A stretch of DNA of 64,000 nucleotides from Geosiphon pyriformis uo1. Lineage: Eukaryota; Fungi; Glomeromycota. The notes under the pieces are model-generated. The model was not told the DNA's origin and searched no databases. It worked only from the letters and a program-made list of their open reading frames with translations. Below are positions 24,893 to 37,231 of the stretch, one piece after another; the stretch's first letter is position 1, and every line of letters starts with the position of its first letter. Location: assembly GCA_016748015.1 (NCBI GenBank), contig JAAOMT010000231.1, positions 73,479 to 137,478 of the forward strand. The letters are read 5' to 3'. Both the position numbers and the translations under genes were made by a program.

Positions 24893-25282
24893 TTTACTTG
24901 TGGATCCAAATCCACTAATCCCTTTAGCTGTAATTCCTAATTCTTTCTGGTTTCTCACTGATACTAACTAAGTTATTTTAACCAGAAGCAGGAATATTGT
25001 CTGTGTTATTTTTTTATTTGGCTCTATGATATAGGCCTTTTTTGAATTATTTTATTGTAATGATATTTTCCACATATTTTGCATCAATTATTTCTCCTCT
25101 AATGTTAATTCTTTTTTTACTAAACTATTCCTGAATGCTAACTGAACCATTGTTGTTGTTAAAATTTCCAGTGCTACTTTCAGATCAATGCATGTGTGCA
25201 AATGTGGTTCTAATTTAATGGTGTTCTTCTTTGGATATCTCAGATCAAATCCAGCATCAATATTATGTACATGTTCTGGCAT
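24893..25282 (-). pseudogene. dut: dUTPase domain, GyA-2
   Basis: DAGFDLRY..FRNSL..GISGFGSTS. Confidence 0.88.
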
Positions 25283-26469
25283 AATATCTTCATCATTATT
25301 GCTGAACTATTTCAATTCCTGTTCCTTAGTAAGATCAAAAAGCATAATGTATTGTTCAGGATTTGAATTGGAGTTCAAATTATTGTTGTTGTAATTGCTA
25401 TTTTGAACAGAGCTGAAACTGTTGTTTTCATTGTCATCATTGTCAGAGTTTGAATTGGGATTGAAATTTGATTCTGATTTCAATGTGCAGTTGCTGATTG
25501 GTTCTTTCTCTTCAAGGATTATGTAGATTATATGTGATGGTAGATTGTAAATAAAGTCATACTTATTACAATATTTGAAATCACATAGAATCAAACAGTG
25601 GTTACATAGTTGTCTGTTTATTTTTTCTAAATGTTGTTCTTGTTTTTCCTGAATGGATGTCAAATTCTGATAATGTTCATAGAATTTTTCTAGACCAGCT
25701 TTAATGTCAAGAAAAGCATCTGGATTGGGAATAAAAAAAGTTTTGACTGGTTCTGGTGGGTTATTCTTAATTTTCAATATTTTGCTAGATAAAGTATCTT
25801 TAACTTTGGCACTTGCCATTCTTCAGATTTTGTTTTTATCATGTAGATAACCATTTAGGCATGCCAAAACACAGTTCTATGCAATGTTAAAAAATGTTTT
25901 ACAACTGATCTAGTCATTAATGAGAATCATGTATTGGCACAAGGCATCACATGTTCTTCCTTAACCAGAAATGTTGTTCCATATTTCTTTGTTGAGTAAT
26001 TGTTTCTCACAAGTGAAACATAGTTTATTGTCTTACTTGCCTTGTCATTTGGAGTACCCATAGCATTCTCTGTAGTATAGTTTACAGTAGTAATAGATGT
26101 GTATCCAATAGTCTTTATTAGGTGCAATCCATGCTCCCATGGAAGAAAGTTTCTTGTCACAATCTTAGTATTTTAGTGAAATGTATGATAGTTGCTTTAG
26201 TGGCTCATGTGTATAAAATCTTTTCCAGCCACTAGTTATTTCTTCTGTAGTGGTGCCTTCTTCTGGTGCATCCTCTTTTTTTTTTTTTTCTTTGTCATTC
26301 CAAAAAAATACTGGTGATAATTTGTTGTGTTCAATATTAGCCCAGAAAATTTGATAAGCTTTCCAGATAGATTTTTTTTCTTTGTTATTGAACTCAATAA
26401 GTAGTTTTGTGATGTGGGTGGTCTTGAAGTGATCACACATGGCTGATATACATGTGTATTGTTCGTTCT

Positions 26470-28497
26470 GGCTGAGTTGCACTTTCTAAATGGTTCAGTT
26501 AAGCACAGCATTGGTTTTAGACAACCAATTATTGTCAATAAATGCTTGGTATTAAATTGCTTCCATCACCAAAACTTTAATAGGTATAATAATGCCATTG
26601 ACTTCAAAAGGGAAGTTGTTAATTTCACCAATAGGAATTTTGGTTGCTCCATTGGCTGTAATGATTTTGGTGCTGGCAGTTTAATTAACTCAGCAACCTA
26701 ATTAGTCCATGAGTTGTTACATAATAATGCTGCTTGCTAAACTACTGTCTAAGATCAATTTGATTGGCTAACCATTAACTTTGGCATCAGTATACATTAC
26801 AGTAATGAATTTTTTGTTAAGTGCAGCTCCACTAAAGAATGGCATTTCCACTTGGTTTTCTAATTTGAATGAGAAGATGGCTGCTAAAAAGTTATTGTTG
26901 GTAATAGTTGCTGGCAGTATGTTGCTGATAAGTGGTTGCTTTTGATTGGGTTCTGGTTTGTTGAGTGCAGCATCTTCTGAAATAATTAAAAGACTTAAAT
27001 AGTTCTGGGAATTCAGGTTTTGAGAGTACTTAGTTCCCAAACTCTGCTGGCATGATCCTGATTGTTGGTTGGAAGAACTGGGGATCAGTTAATAGACTAT
27101 TATTATTGATCTCCAATTTTGTTGAATTATTCTCAGCCTTTGGTTTCCAAGTGACATTGGAGTTGGATTTTGAGACAGCATTTGAATTGGTTGGAGCTAA
27201 TAGATTACTTGTGACTGCAGTGGTTGATAAATTATTGAAGCAGTTGGCTAATAAATTAGAGATATGTATATTGGCTGCTGCATTATTTGAGTGTAATTAG
27301 ATTAATATTGATCTTGATTTGGATGATAGTTTGGAGTTTGAAATTTGCAATCAGAGTTTTTGTATTGATTTTCTAATTATGGATTATTATAAAATTGGCA
27401 GTCAGCTCTCAGATAACTTTGTTTACCACAGTTGTAACAGATACATGTTTTTTGCTGTCATGGTTAATTGTATGAGAATAATGGACACAACTGATTTTGG
27501 AAACAATTCACGTTTTCTGGATTATTTTGTTGTTGTGGAGATTGATAAATGGCTTGATTATTAGCTAAGTATCTCTCTAATTTCTGATTGATTGAGTCAC
27601 TGAATTGCTTTAGCTTAGAATCCAAGTCAGATGATCTGTTCATTACTAGATTTATGGCTTGGGTGTGGTTGGCTTTTAATTTAGCTGATTCTAAATCTCT
27701 GATGTGGTTAATGGTGTCCTAAAGAATAGTTGGACATAGTAGACATATGTGTTGTAGTAGACTGCTGCACAACCTGCAAATAAACTGATTCAAAATTTGG
27801 AGTACTGTAAAGTAGTTTGCATTGATGGTCTGAATTTAACACAGATTTTGGTGGAAGCATCCTAAATAAGTTGTGACTGCTTCAGTGTTTCCTTGCTTGA
27901 TAGTAGTAAAATTAGTTGTTAAGTGATTAATACTATTATAATTGCTAAAATATTGCAGAAATGTAACTTTAAACTCATTGAAATCTTGGGGTTTGTTTAC
28001 AAAATTTTGGTATCAAGAATTGGTAGTGTCTTGTAAAAAGTACAGAATAGCTTACATTGCTTTAGCATTATCTCAGTTGTTGGTGGTTATTGCTTTGACT
28101 ATATTGTTGAGCCAAACTTGGGCACTATTTTCTTCACTGGTGAATTTTTCTAGCTTGATAATTGGTGTATAGGCCATTGGTATAATTAGTGGTTGTTAGA
28201 GTGGCTGTTAAAGTGGTTGTTAAAGTGGTTGTTAAAGTGGTACTTGTGGCTGTTGAATTGGTTCAACAATCAGTTCAATTGGTGGCTGATTGATTATAAT
28301 TCTCAGAGATAAGTGTTGTTGATTAATTATGTTGGAATTGGAATTGTTCTGATTTTCCTGAATTTGAATATTTGGGATTTGATTTTCTGGGTTTTTTGTG
28401 ATCAGATTTTGTTTATTAATTTCTTAATTACTGCTTTTCTCTTTCTTAAAGTCAGTTATTTTCCAGGAACTGGCAGTTCTGAAATCTGGTTGTGGTA
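26470..28497 (-). pseudogene. GyA-2 gag-protease (gag 5' part continues at 36575-37167 beyond GyB-2)
   Basis: Homologous to GyA-1 4450-6600; ORFs 26768..27040 and 36790..37134. Confidence 0.85.
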
Positions 28498-28501
28498 GTA
28501 A

Positions 28502-29180
28502 TGTTACAATTGAAACTCATAATTTTTATTAGTTATTACATATATTAGCCACTGATGTCATATAATTAGCTACTCTATTTTTAGATAGTGATTATTGACC
28601 TGATCAATGACCTAACTGTTGACCTGATCATTGACCTATTCGTTGACCTGGTTGTTAACCACTTTCATTAGCTATATAAGCAATAAGTTTTTTAGCAGTA
28701 GAAAATCATCTCTTAGACAAGAATCAAATAAATAAAAATAACAACTTTTATCTCAATCACTCTCTTATTACTAATTTCTCTTTCTCTATCTTCAAGTATC
28801 TAAACATCTTAGGATAAAAGATTACTTGTTGGCCTTTTCCTGACATATATAATTGTAGCATTTGAAGATTATTTGAATAAATGTGACTGAAAAGCACAAG
28901 TTGATACCTAATATTGAATTCTAAAAGTGCCGACATGAGACATAGAATTATATCAGTGGTAATCAATTATTGACAGTACAGACTATCCTTCTATTTTCAG
29001 ATTTCCCAGTTATCTTTGAAAAGAATAGCGACTGACATATTTTATAAGACTGATCTCGCACATTGAATTTATACTCATTTAATTTGCTCTTTAAAGTTGA
29101 ATTCCCCTTTGATTATTTCCATCACTCTACAATCCTGTTCTCCCTTGCTATCCATTAGCTTGTTACTCCAACCTGTAACA
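28502..29180 (+). repeat. GyB-2 5' LTR (679 bp)
   Basis: TGTTAC...GTAACA; 12-bp repeats ~28594-28660; TATATAA ~28673. Confidence 0.93.
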
Positions 29181-29186
29181 TAAAAG

Positions 29187-29203
29187 TGGTGCTCTCTGTG
29201 AGG
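29187..29203 (+). promoter_or_regulatory. Primer-binding site TGGTGCTCTCTGTGAGG (GyB-2)
   Basis: 6 nt after the LTR end; same 17-mer as family A. Confidence 0.9.
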
Positions 29204-29232
29204 TTGTCAAAATTTACTTATTCTCTCATTGT

Positions 29233-30801
29233 ATAGGTAATTACTCATATCTGCCACAGCAATCAGAAAAACACTTTGCAGCATACAACAGAAACAACTT
29301 AGATTTCATTGAACTTAATCCTCTGTTCTCCTGCTTGATCTGCTTTCCCATTGAAAAACAATCTAGCAGACAATTCCAAGACTTTTAGAACTGGTTCCTA
29401 AATGAGCATTCAGCTGAAACCTACACAACTTATACAACCTATTACTTTGATCAAGCTTATTTTGAAGACAACTTTGAAGAAAACTTTGAAGAAAGAAACA
29501 ACAGTATCAATCAGCTCTTATATTCTACAATCTTTGAACAACAGTCCTCTGATTTCGAATATTTAAATCATCAAATCCACATTTGGATTGCTGCCCATCA
29601 ATCAACAGTAACTCTCCTTGAAACAGAAGAAGAAAGTTACCAAACAGTCTCTATTTTTGATCTCTTCTTAAGTGAATCAGAGCACTCCACACAAACAGTA
29701 ACTCCTGAACCAATGGCCTAAAATCCAATACAAGTAAACATCCTGGCCACCCTCCAAAGCATACAAACTGCTTTGGGACAAAGAAACAACACCCCACTAC
29801 CCCTATTCAGAGATGATGCCCAAGATCCAATTGAATGGTTGGACAATTTTGAAAGAGCAGCCACTGCAAACCAGTATGATGATGAATACAAGTTCCAAAT
29901 TGTTGGTGGCTACCTCTAAGGCTCCTCTGCTACCTGGTTTTCACAAAAAACCAATGCTGGTGCTTAACAAAGAATTGTTAAATAGACTCCAGCAAATATT
30001 GGAGAAAACAATACCTCTTTCACTACCCAATTTGAAAACAAATTCAGAACTCCCATCTTAATATCCAAATGGCATATGGAATTAGAAAGAAGAACTCAAA
30101 GTCCTGGTGAAATTGTGACTGAATATGCCAAAGCAATTAGAAAACTCATCAAGTATGTAGACTTTGATAGAAACTGGACTGAAGAGCAAAAGATCCACTC
30201 CTTCACAAAAGGATTGAGAACTGATTTATCATATGCTTTTTGGCCTCTTTTGGCTCTGAAAGACAACCTTACAATAGATATGACTATTGAACTTGCCCAA
30301 AGAATTGAAAATAACCAAAGAATGCATCTGGGATCCACACTTCCAATTTTCACTTCTGCTCCTGTCATGACCCCTGCTCCTCAAGTGGCTGCTACTTCTT
30401 TTGCTGCCCAAACCCAAGACCCAAATAAACAATTGATAGATAGACTCACAGCTAACCTTGTCTAGTTATTAGAACTGTTGACACAAGCAGTCAGAGATAA
30501 CCAGCAACCACCAAAACTTAAATATGAATCTCATTTTAACCAGCCCCAGCAACCTCCCTATCAAAGACAGCAAAATTGTGGCCCACCTGTGTGCTATCAT
30601 TGTGGATTAACTGGACATTATTCAAGAGATTGTAACAATCTTCCACTGCCTTCTCCAGCTCTTAGAAACAATAATAACCAAAACAACAGACCCAACAACA
30701 ACAACAATGTCCTCAATCAAAGACCCAATCATGCCAACATCAATTTTTTTGGAGAGGATCTCTTAGTTGAAGCCACTGTTTATCAATCTTTAAACTGGTA
30801 G
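29233..30801 (+). pseudogene. GyB-2 gag with CCHC knuckle (30592-30633)
   Basis: PIEWLDNFERAATAN; MELERRTQSPGEIVTEYAKAI; CYHCGLTGHYSRDC; start is ATA here and ATG in GyB-1 (52622-52624). Confidence 0.9.
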
Positions 30802-30851
30802 ACGCATTTCCAAAGGGTGAGAGTGCAAGCCAACCAGAAGAAAACCCCTTT
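30789..30851 (+). promoter_or_regulatory. Putative -1 ribosomal frameshift signal (T TTA AAC + pseudoknot)
   Basis: Heptamer 30789-30795 in correct phase just before the gag TAG; the -1 frame is the pol frame; heptamer conserved in GyB-1 (~51074-51081, minus). Confidence 0.8.
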
Positions 30852-32612
30852 TATGCTTTTAACTTAACTGATGATAACCATGACATGGATGAACTAGCAA
30901 TTAACACCTCATAACCAACCAGAAAGAAGAAGAAAGCCAAGGTTGATTTTGTTCTAGACCCCAACAAAGCCTTAACTTCTGCTGCTGATAACAATGAGTC
31001 ACCAAAGGCTAAAGTTTTTAAGAATCCTCCAAAGTTAGAACCCCCAGAAATTGTACAAAAATCTGGACCCTATTCCGTTGTCAAAGATCTTATGGAAACC
31101 CCAGCACATATTACCTTTGGCCAGTTAATGACCCACTTACAGTTCAGAAAGGATCTTCGCAAATCCTTGATTCCAAAAAAGAAGACACCAAAAACCCACA
31201 AGTGTTCTCGCCAAGTTGGATTTGCTAACAACAGCAATGTCACCCCTCTGATTTGTAAAGCCCAAGTGGCTGGATACTTTATTGATTTAATTCTGGACAG
31301 TGGATTATCTGTTAGTGTCATTGCCAAACACTTCTTAGAAGCAATTGGTAGAAAGATTAATGAACCTTCCACCAAACCAATGACCAATGTACATGATAAC
31401 AAAAAGAAAGAACTGGGTATTGCCAAAGCTGTTCCTGTCCACATCAATGGAATCAGCATTGAAACTGACATGAAAGTTTCTGAAGCCAAGGAATACACCA
31501 TCATTGTTAACAATAAATGGCTCAAGAAAACAAAAGCTTTGCTTGATTATGAACTTTGTGAATTAACCATCAGATGTGGTGAGAAACCCATTGTGGTTAA
31601 GTGCCACCATTGGACAACTCCTCCAGTATCTAAACAAAACCAAGAAGAAGAACAATCAGATGAATCAGATAATGAAAAGAGTGATGAAGAAGAAAAACAA
31701 GAAGAGCAAAAAGAAACTGTTGAATTTGCCTATACCATCTTCACCAGCAATGGCAAACTACTGGACAATATTAAAGCAGACAAAAAAGAAATCATTGTAA
31801 ATGACAAGCTGATCTGCTGGCCTTATTATGATATTCTTAGAAGAACCTTTGAAAAAAAACCTGACAAGAAAGCCAAATACAGTTTTTGGTGGCATGGTCT
31901 TTGTGCCTGGTGTTGGTGCAACAAACCCTTGTATTCTCCAAACGATGAATGCAAATCATGCCTGATCTATTACAAAGATTGGAAACCAATTAGTTTGATA
32001 CCCAGAGAAGAATTGAAAGAAGTATAGAAGTCCTTTGAGAATAAACCACCTGAGATCCAATCACTAGTTGTAGAACAAAAAGAACCCTCCCCAGAAGAAA
32101 AAAAAATAGACATTGAAAATTTGCTGGCTAAAAATAGCCCAGTTATTTCCAAAGAAGGTGATACTCCTGGATGTACCCATGTGATACAACACACCATTAC
32201 CACCAGAGAAACTTGACCCATCCATTTGAAGCCTTATCAATCCAATTAGCACAATGATGAGTTTATTAAGAAAGAGATAAACTGGATGAAAGAACTTGGA
32301 TTCATATAAGAAACCAAGAGTAAATGGGCTTTCCCAGTTGTAGTGGTATCCAAAAAAGGTGAAACACTACACTTCTGTGTTAACTACCACTAATTAAATG
32401 CCATCACTAAAAGAGACATGTACCCACTTCCCAAGATTGATGCAATATTAAACCAATTTAAAGATGCTGCTTTCTTCTCAACCATTGACTTAACTGCTGG
32501 ATTCTGGCAAGTAGAGATGGATCCAGAAAGCAGAAAGAAAACTGCCTTTATCACCAAGTATGGCACCTATGAATTTACAGTCATGCCTTTTGGTCTCACC
32601 AACACCCCTCCT

Positions 32613-33194
32613 ACCTTTCAATGCTTAATGGATAAAGTATTTGAATCAGTCAAGGAAAACTTTGTTCTAGTCTATTTGGACAACATAATGGTATACTCAA
32701 AAACCTGGGATGAACACCTGAAACATTTGCAAAAGGTTTTTGACCTCCTCAGAAATGCTGGCCTCAAGATCAACCCAATCAAATCTTTTTTTGGAAAACA
32801 ATCCACCCAGTTCCTTGGTCATCTTATCACAAAAGATGGAATCTTTCCTGACCCAGCCAAAGTTGAAAAAGTCCAAAACATCAAACAACCAATNNNNNNN
32901 NNNNNNNNNNNNNACCTTTCAATGCTTAATGGATAAAGTATTTGAATCAGTCAAGGAAAACTTTGTTCTAGTCTATTTGGACAACATAATGGTATACTCA
33001 AAAACCTGGGATGAACACCTGAAACATTTGCAAAAGGTTTTTGACCTCCTCAGAAATGCTGGCCTCAAGATCAACCCAATCAAATCTTTTTTTGGAAAAC
33101 AATCCACCCAGTTCCTTGGTCATCTTATCACAAAAGATGGAATCTTTCCTGACCCAGCCAAAGTTGAAAAAGTCCAAAACATCAAACAACCAAT
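32613..33194. other. 20-N scaffold gap (32894-32913) flanked by a 281-bp duplication
   Basis: 32613-32893 appears identical to 32914-33194. Confidence 0.9.
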
Positions 33195-33849
33195 GAACAT
33201 TCATGAACTACGCTCTTTTCTTAGTTTGGCCTCTTATTATCGCAAATTTGTCAAGAATTTCTCCAAAATCGCCTCTTCTCTTAATCAGCTACTCAGGAAA
33301 AATGTCAATTATCATTGGAGAACACATCAGCAAAAAGCCTTTGAAACTTTAAAAGAAAAACTGGTTACAGAATCTATTCTTAAGCAATCTGATCTAGATT
33401 GACTCTTTATCCTCCACACTGATGCATCTGGCTTTGGACTTGGTGCTGTTCTCTTCCAAAAAGATGAAGATGGCAAAAAACATGCCATAGCCTATGCCAG
33501 TAGAACTCTTTCCCCAGCAAAACAGAACTATTCAGTTACTGAACAAGAATGCTTAACAGTAGTATGGTCTACCAGTTACTGGAGTAAGTATCTTCTTGGT
33601 GTAAAGTTTTTGGTGGTAACAGATTACTAAGCTTTGGTTTGGCTGCACAACAAAAAGAGACTAGAACACAAACAGATAACTTGCTGGATACTCCACTTGG
33701 ATGAATTTGACTAAGATATTCAACATTACAAAGGAGCTAATTATCAAAACATTGATGTTTTCTCCAGACTTACCATCCAGTGACAGAACAACCCTTTCAA
33801 ACCAAACCAACTTAATTATTAGTAATTCTCCTTTTTGACAAACACGATA

Positions 33850-35164
33850 ATGGATTTGGACAACTACTCTGTCTTAATGGGAATTTTTGGGTAAAGGACA
33901 ATACCCACTGAAATACACACGACAACAAAGAAAACATTTGTGCAAACAATCAAATTTCTATTTGATTCGCTAGAATCAACTTTATAAAAGAAATAGAAAA
34001 GATCCTGACTGCCCCCAGAGAGTCATTAGATTTGAAGAAAGAGAAATTGTGATCTACAATATGCACACTGATCCATTAGCTAGACACTTTGGAAAAACAA
34101 AAACAATTTAGAAAACTCTAACTCACTATTATTGGCCTACCTTGGAAAAAGACATTGCTGAATACATCAAAACCTGTAATATCTGCCAAAAAAAAGGAAA
34201 ACCCAATTGCAAAGAAAATATTCATCCAATCTCTGTTGGTCAACCCTTTGACAGAATTGGTATAGATGTTGTTGGATCTTTAACAATAACTTCTAATGGC
34301 AACAGATATATTATCACAGCTACCGACTATTTTACAAAGTGAGTAGAAGCAAGAACCACTCCAGACCAAACAGCAGTCTCAATAGCCAATTTCATTTATG
34401 AAGATATTATTTGTTGCTACGGCTGCCCCAAAGAACTTTTATCTGACAGAAAAAGAGCTTTTCTCAGTACACTTGTTGAAGAACTTTGCAGAAAAATGAG
34501 AATACGTCACAAACTTTCCTCTTTTTATCATCCCCAAACAAATGGTCTAATGAAACGTTTCAATAGAACACTATGTAAAACCCTAGCCAAAACCAACAAA
34601 GAAACAAATTTATGGGACAAAGTACTGCCTTCAGCCTTGTTTGCTTATAGAACTGTGAATCATAACATAACAAGTTATGAATCTTTTTATCTACTCTATA
34701 GACGAATAGTAATTCTACCAATATAAACTAATATTGAGACAATACCCTTTGAAGAAATAACAATAGGAAATTACAAAGACATTTTGCAAAAAAAACTTGG
34801 TACCATTCTTGACTCATTAGTAGAAACACAGATAATTGTCTTTAAAAAAATAAAACAATTCCAAGAGAAGCTTAAGAAAAAGAAAACATATAAAACACTT
34901 TCCTTAAGTGTTGGTAACTTAGTTTTAGAATACCATTTAGACAGAGACAATATCTATGGTGATAAATTCTCTAGCCAGTGGAAAGGACCCTTTATAGTCA
35001 ACAAAGTTTTGAACAATAGTTCTTATATCTTACAAGATCAATATAGAACAATCTTCAATAATTGCCCTGTTCATGGCACATGACTCAAAAAATATCACAA
35101 ACAACCTGATTGGTTACCTGTTGTGGTAATACTGACCCAAATGATCAACAAAAATCAGATATAA
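33850..35164 (+). pseudogene. GyB-2 integrase (separate ORF; HHCC, DDE, GPF motif; no chromodomain)
   Basis: ATG at 33850; HTD..HFG..CNICQ; RIGIDVV; YHPQTNGL; WKGPF. Confidence 0.9.
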
Positions 35165-35862
35165 ATAAATGCATCATTCCCAAAACAGAGGTATTTTCAA
35201 TTGACATAAACAATTATTTCCTAGATCAAAACATTCAAAACGCTTTCTACACTCTCCATGAGTACTGGATCAAAAATTATCCAAATGTTACTCTGACCAT
35301 TGGAAAACAAACCACCATAACTGATAACAGTGGAACACATACTGTTATTAGACCAAAGAAAACCACTACCAGAAAAGAAAGAATTAGTAGCAAAATGGAT
35401 AAGTATTTGCTAGAAAGCATAACAACAGCAATACTTACACTTTCCATGACAATTGGAAAAACAATTAAGGAAATCTTGCCCATAGACAAAAACTTGTCAT
35501 ATGGAAGACAACTAGAATTCTATGGTCATCTTGGTGAAATCATAGAAGAAATGAAGCTCATGAAGAAAACAACTTCAGAGATACAAGTGGAAATTTTGGA
35601 CATTATACGTTTAGATGTTTCAAGAGTTTTGACCATTGCAAGAAGAGCCAAAACTCTTATACAAAGATTTGGTTTCTTGGATACAAAGCTTATTTCGCCT
35701 CAAGTACTATACACTCTATCCACAAAAGACTTCAACAAACTAGTTAGTTTTGAGTTAGACAAAACCCTTCAATTAGAATACCCTATAAATAGCTTGATTT
35801 TGCTAGAGCTCAATCTTTTTGGAGAGGATGATGTTATGGTTGAAACCCATAATTTTTATTAG
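35110..35862 (+). CDS. GyB-2 ORF3, uncharacterised ~230-250 aa protein running through the PPT into the 3' LTR
   Basis: 250 open codons; conserved in GyB-1; no obvious TM segment. Confidence 0.75.
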   Translation: MVTCCGNTDPNDQQKSDINKCIIPKTEVFSIDINNYFLDQNIQNAFYTLHEYWIKNYPNVTLTIGKQTTITDNSGTHTVIRPKKTTTRKERISSKMDKYLLESITTAILTLSMTIGKTIKEILPIDKNLSYGRQLEFYGHLGEIIEEMKLMKKTTSEIQVEILDIIRLDVSRVLTIARRAKTLIQRFGFLDTKLISPQVLYTLSTKDFNKLVSFELDKTLQLEYPINSLILLELNLFGEDDVMVETHNFY

Positions 35863-36570
35863 TTATCACATGTATTAGCTACTGATGTTATATAATTAGC
35901 CACTCTATTTTTAGATAGTGATCATTAACCTGATTAATAACCTAACCATTGACCTGATCATTGATCTGATCTTTGACTTGATCAATGACCTAATTGTTGA
36001 CCTGATCATTGACCTAATCATTGACCTAGTCATTGACCTAGTTGTTGACCACTTTCATTAGCTATATAAGCAATGAGTTTCTTAGCAGTAGAAAATCATC
36101 TCTTAGACAAGAATCAAATAAATAAAAATAACAACTTTCATCTCAATCACTCTCTTATTGCTAATTTTCCTTTCTCTACCTTCAAGTATCCAAACATCTT
36201 AGGATAAAAGATTACTTGTTGGCCTTTTTCTGATGTATATAATTGTAGCATTTGAAGATTATTTGAATAAACATGACTGAAAAGCACAAGTTGATATCTG
36301 ATATTGAATTCTAAGAGTACCAACGTGAGGCATAGAATTATACCAGTGGTGATTAATTGTTAACAGTACAGACTATCTTTCTACCTTTAGATTTCCCAGT
36401 TACCTTTGAAAAGAATAACGACTGAGATATTTTATGAGACTGATCTCGCACATTGAATCCATACTTATTTAATTTGCTCTTTGAAGTTGAATTCCCCTTT
36501 GATTATTTCCATCACCCTACAATCCTGTTTTTCCTTGCTATTTATTAGCTTGTTACTCCAACCCATAACA
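35832..36570 (+). repeat. GyB-2 3' LTR (739 bp)
   Basis: Direct repeat of 28502-29180 with a longer 12-bp array. Confidence 0.93.
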
Positions 36571-37231
36571 GTAGTAATCAAATTCCTAATGGCATTGGAA
36601 TTACAATTTAAATTTCTCAAAATAATTGCCATATGTTTCTAATAACTTTGCTTTCTTTTGTTTACTTTGAAATGGGATTTTGTTCAGTGGCATTGTCTTG
36701 CTTGCTGTAGCCATGCTTATTATATTGATAGTACTTCTGGGTATGTGGTAATATGATGGATTGGCAAGTGAATTAAATTTTTGTTTTTTTCAAGTGAGTA
36801 GTTGGATTTGTTTTGGTGTTTCTGCTGATGTTTGTAACCTTTCTTTTTTTTTGTTGACAAAAGTGATAGGAAATTTCTGCTTGGTGTATTTTTCAATTTT
36901 CCTGTTTATTTTTGTAATTAGTGGTGCAAATAAGTAATTTTGTGGAAGAAGAGTGCTTTGAAGTAGTTCACTGAAGAAATTGTTAAAGACAGATTTTGGA
37001 TCTCCTTGGTCTCTCAAATAATATACTATTTTCTTATTAATATAACAATTAAAGGCTGATTCTGTTGGCCAATTATTATTTGTTAATTCAAGATAAGTGT
37101 AATAATGTTGGAATAAGAATTTTGCAAATCCCAAATGATTTGTCCCTGTTTCTTCAGATTCTGTTACTGTTTCGGATGGGTGCTATTGGTGCTGGTTTTC
37201 TGTTGGATTATAATTCACAAAGAGCACCAAA

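Larger units (their letters stand above)
30789..33783 (+). pseudogene. GyB-2 pol: protease, acidic tract, Cys/Trp-rich domain, RT, RNase H
   Basis: LILDSGLSVSVI; YPLPKID..DLTAGFWQV..VMPFGLTN..YLDN; LHTDASGFGLGAVL; stop at 33781-33783; contains a scaffold gap. Confidence 0.93.
28502..36570 (+). mobile_element. GyB-2: full-length family-B gypsy element, innermost and best-preserved B copy
   Basis: LTRs 28502-29180 and 35832-36570, PBS 29187-29203, PPT GGAGAGGATGA 35821-35831, TSD GTAA/GTAG (28498-28501 / 36571-36574). Confidence 0.95.

Noticed and set aside
28190-28245. 12-bp tandem repeat GTTGTTAAAGTG
   Set aside because: Coding low-complexity P/L/Q repeat in gag.
32613-33194. Tandem duplication inside RT
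   Set aside because: Identical copies flank a 20-N gap and GyB-1 has a single copy; assembly overlap artefact.
35110-35862. env gene
   Set aside because: Position fits, but no signal peptide, furin site or TM segment is visible and it is short.
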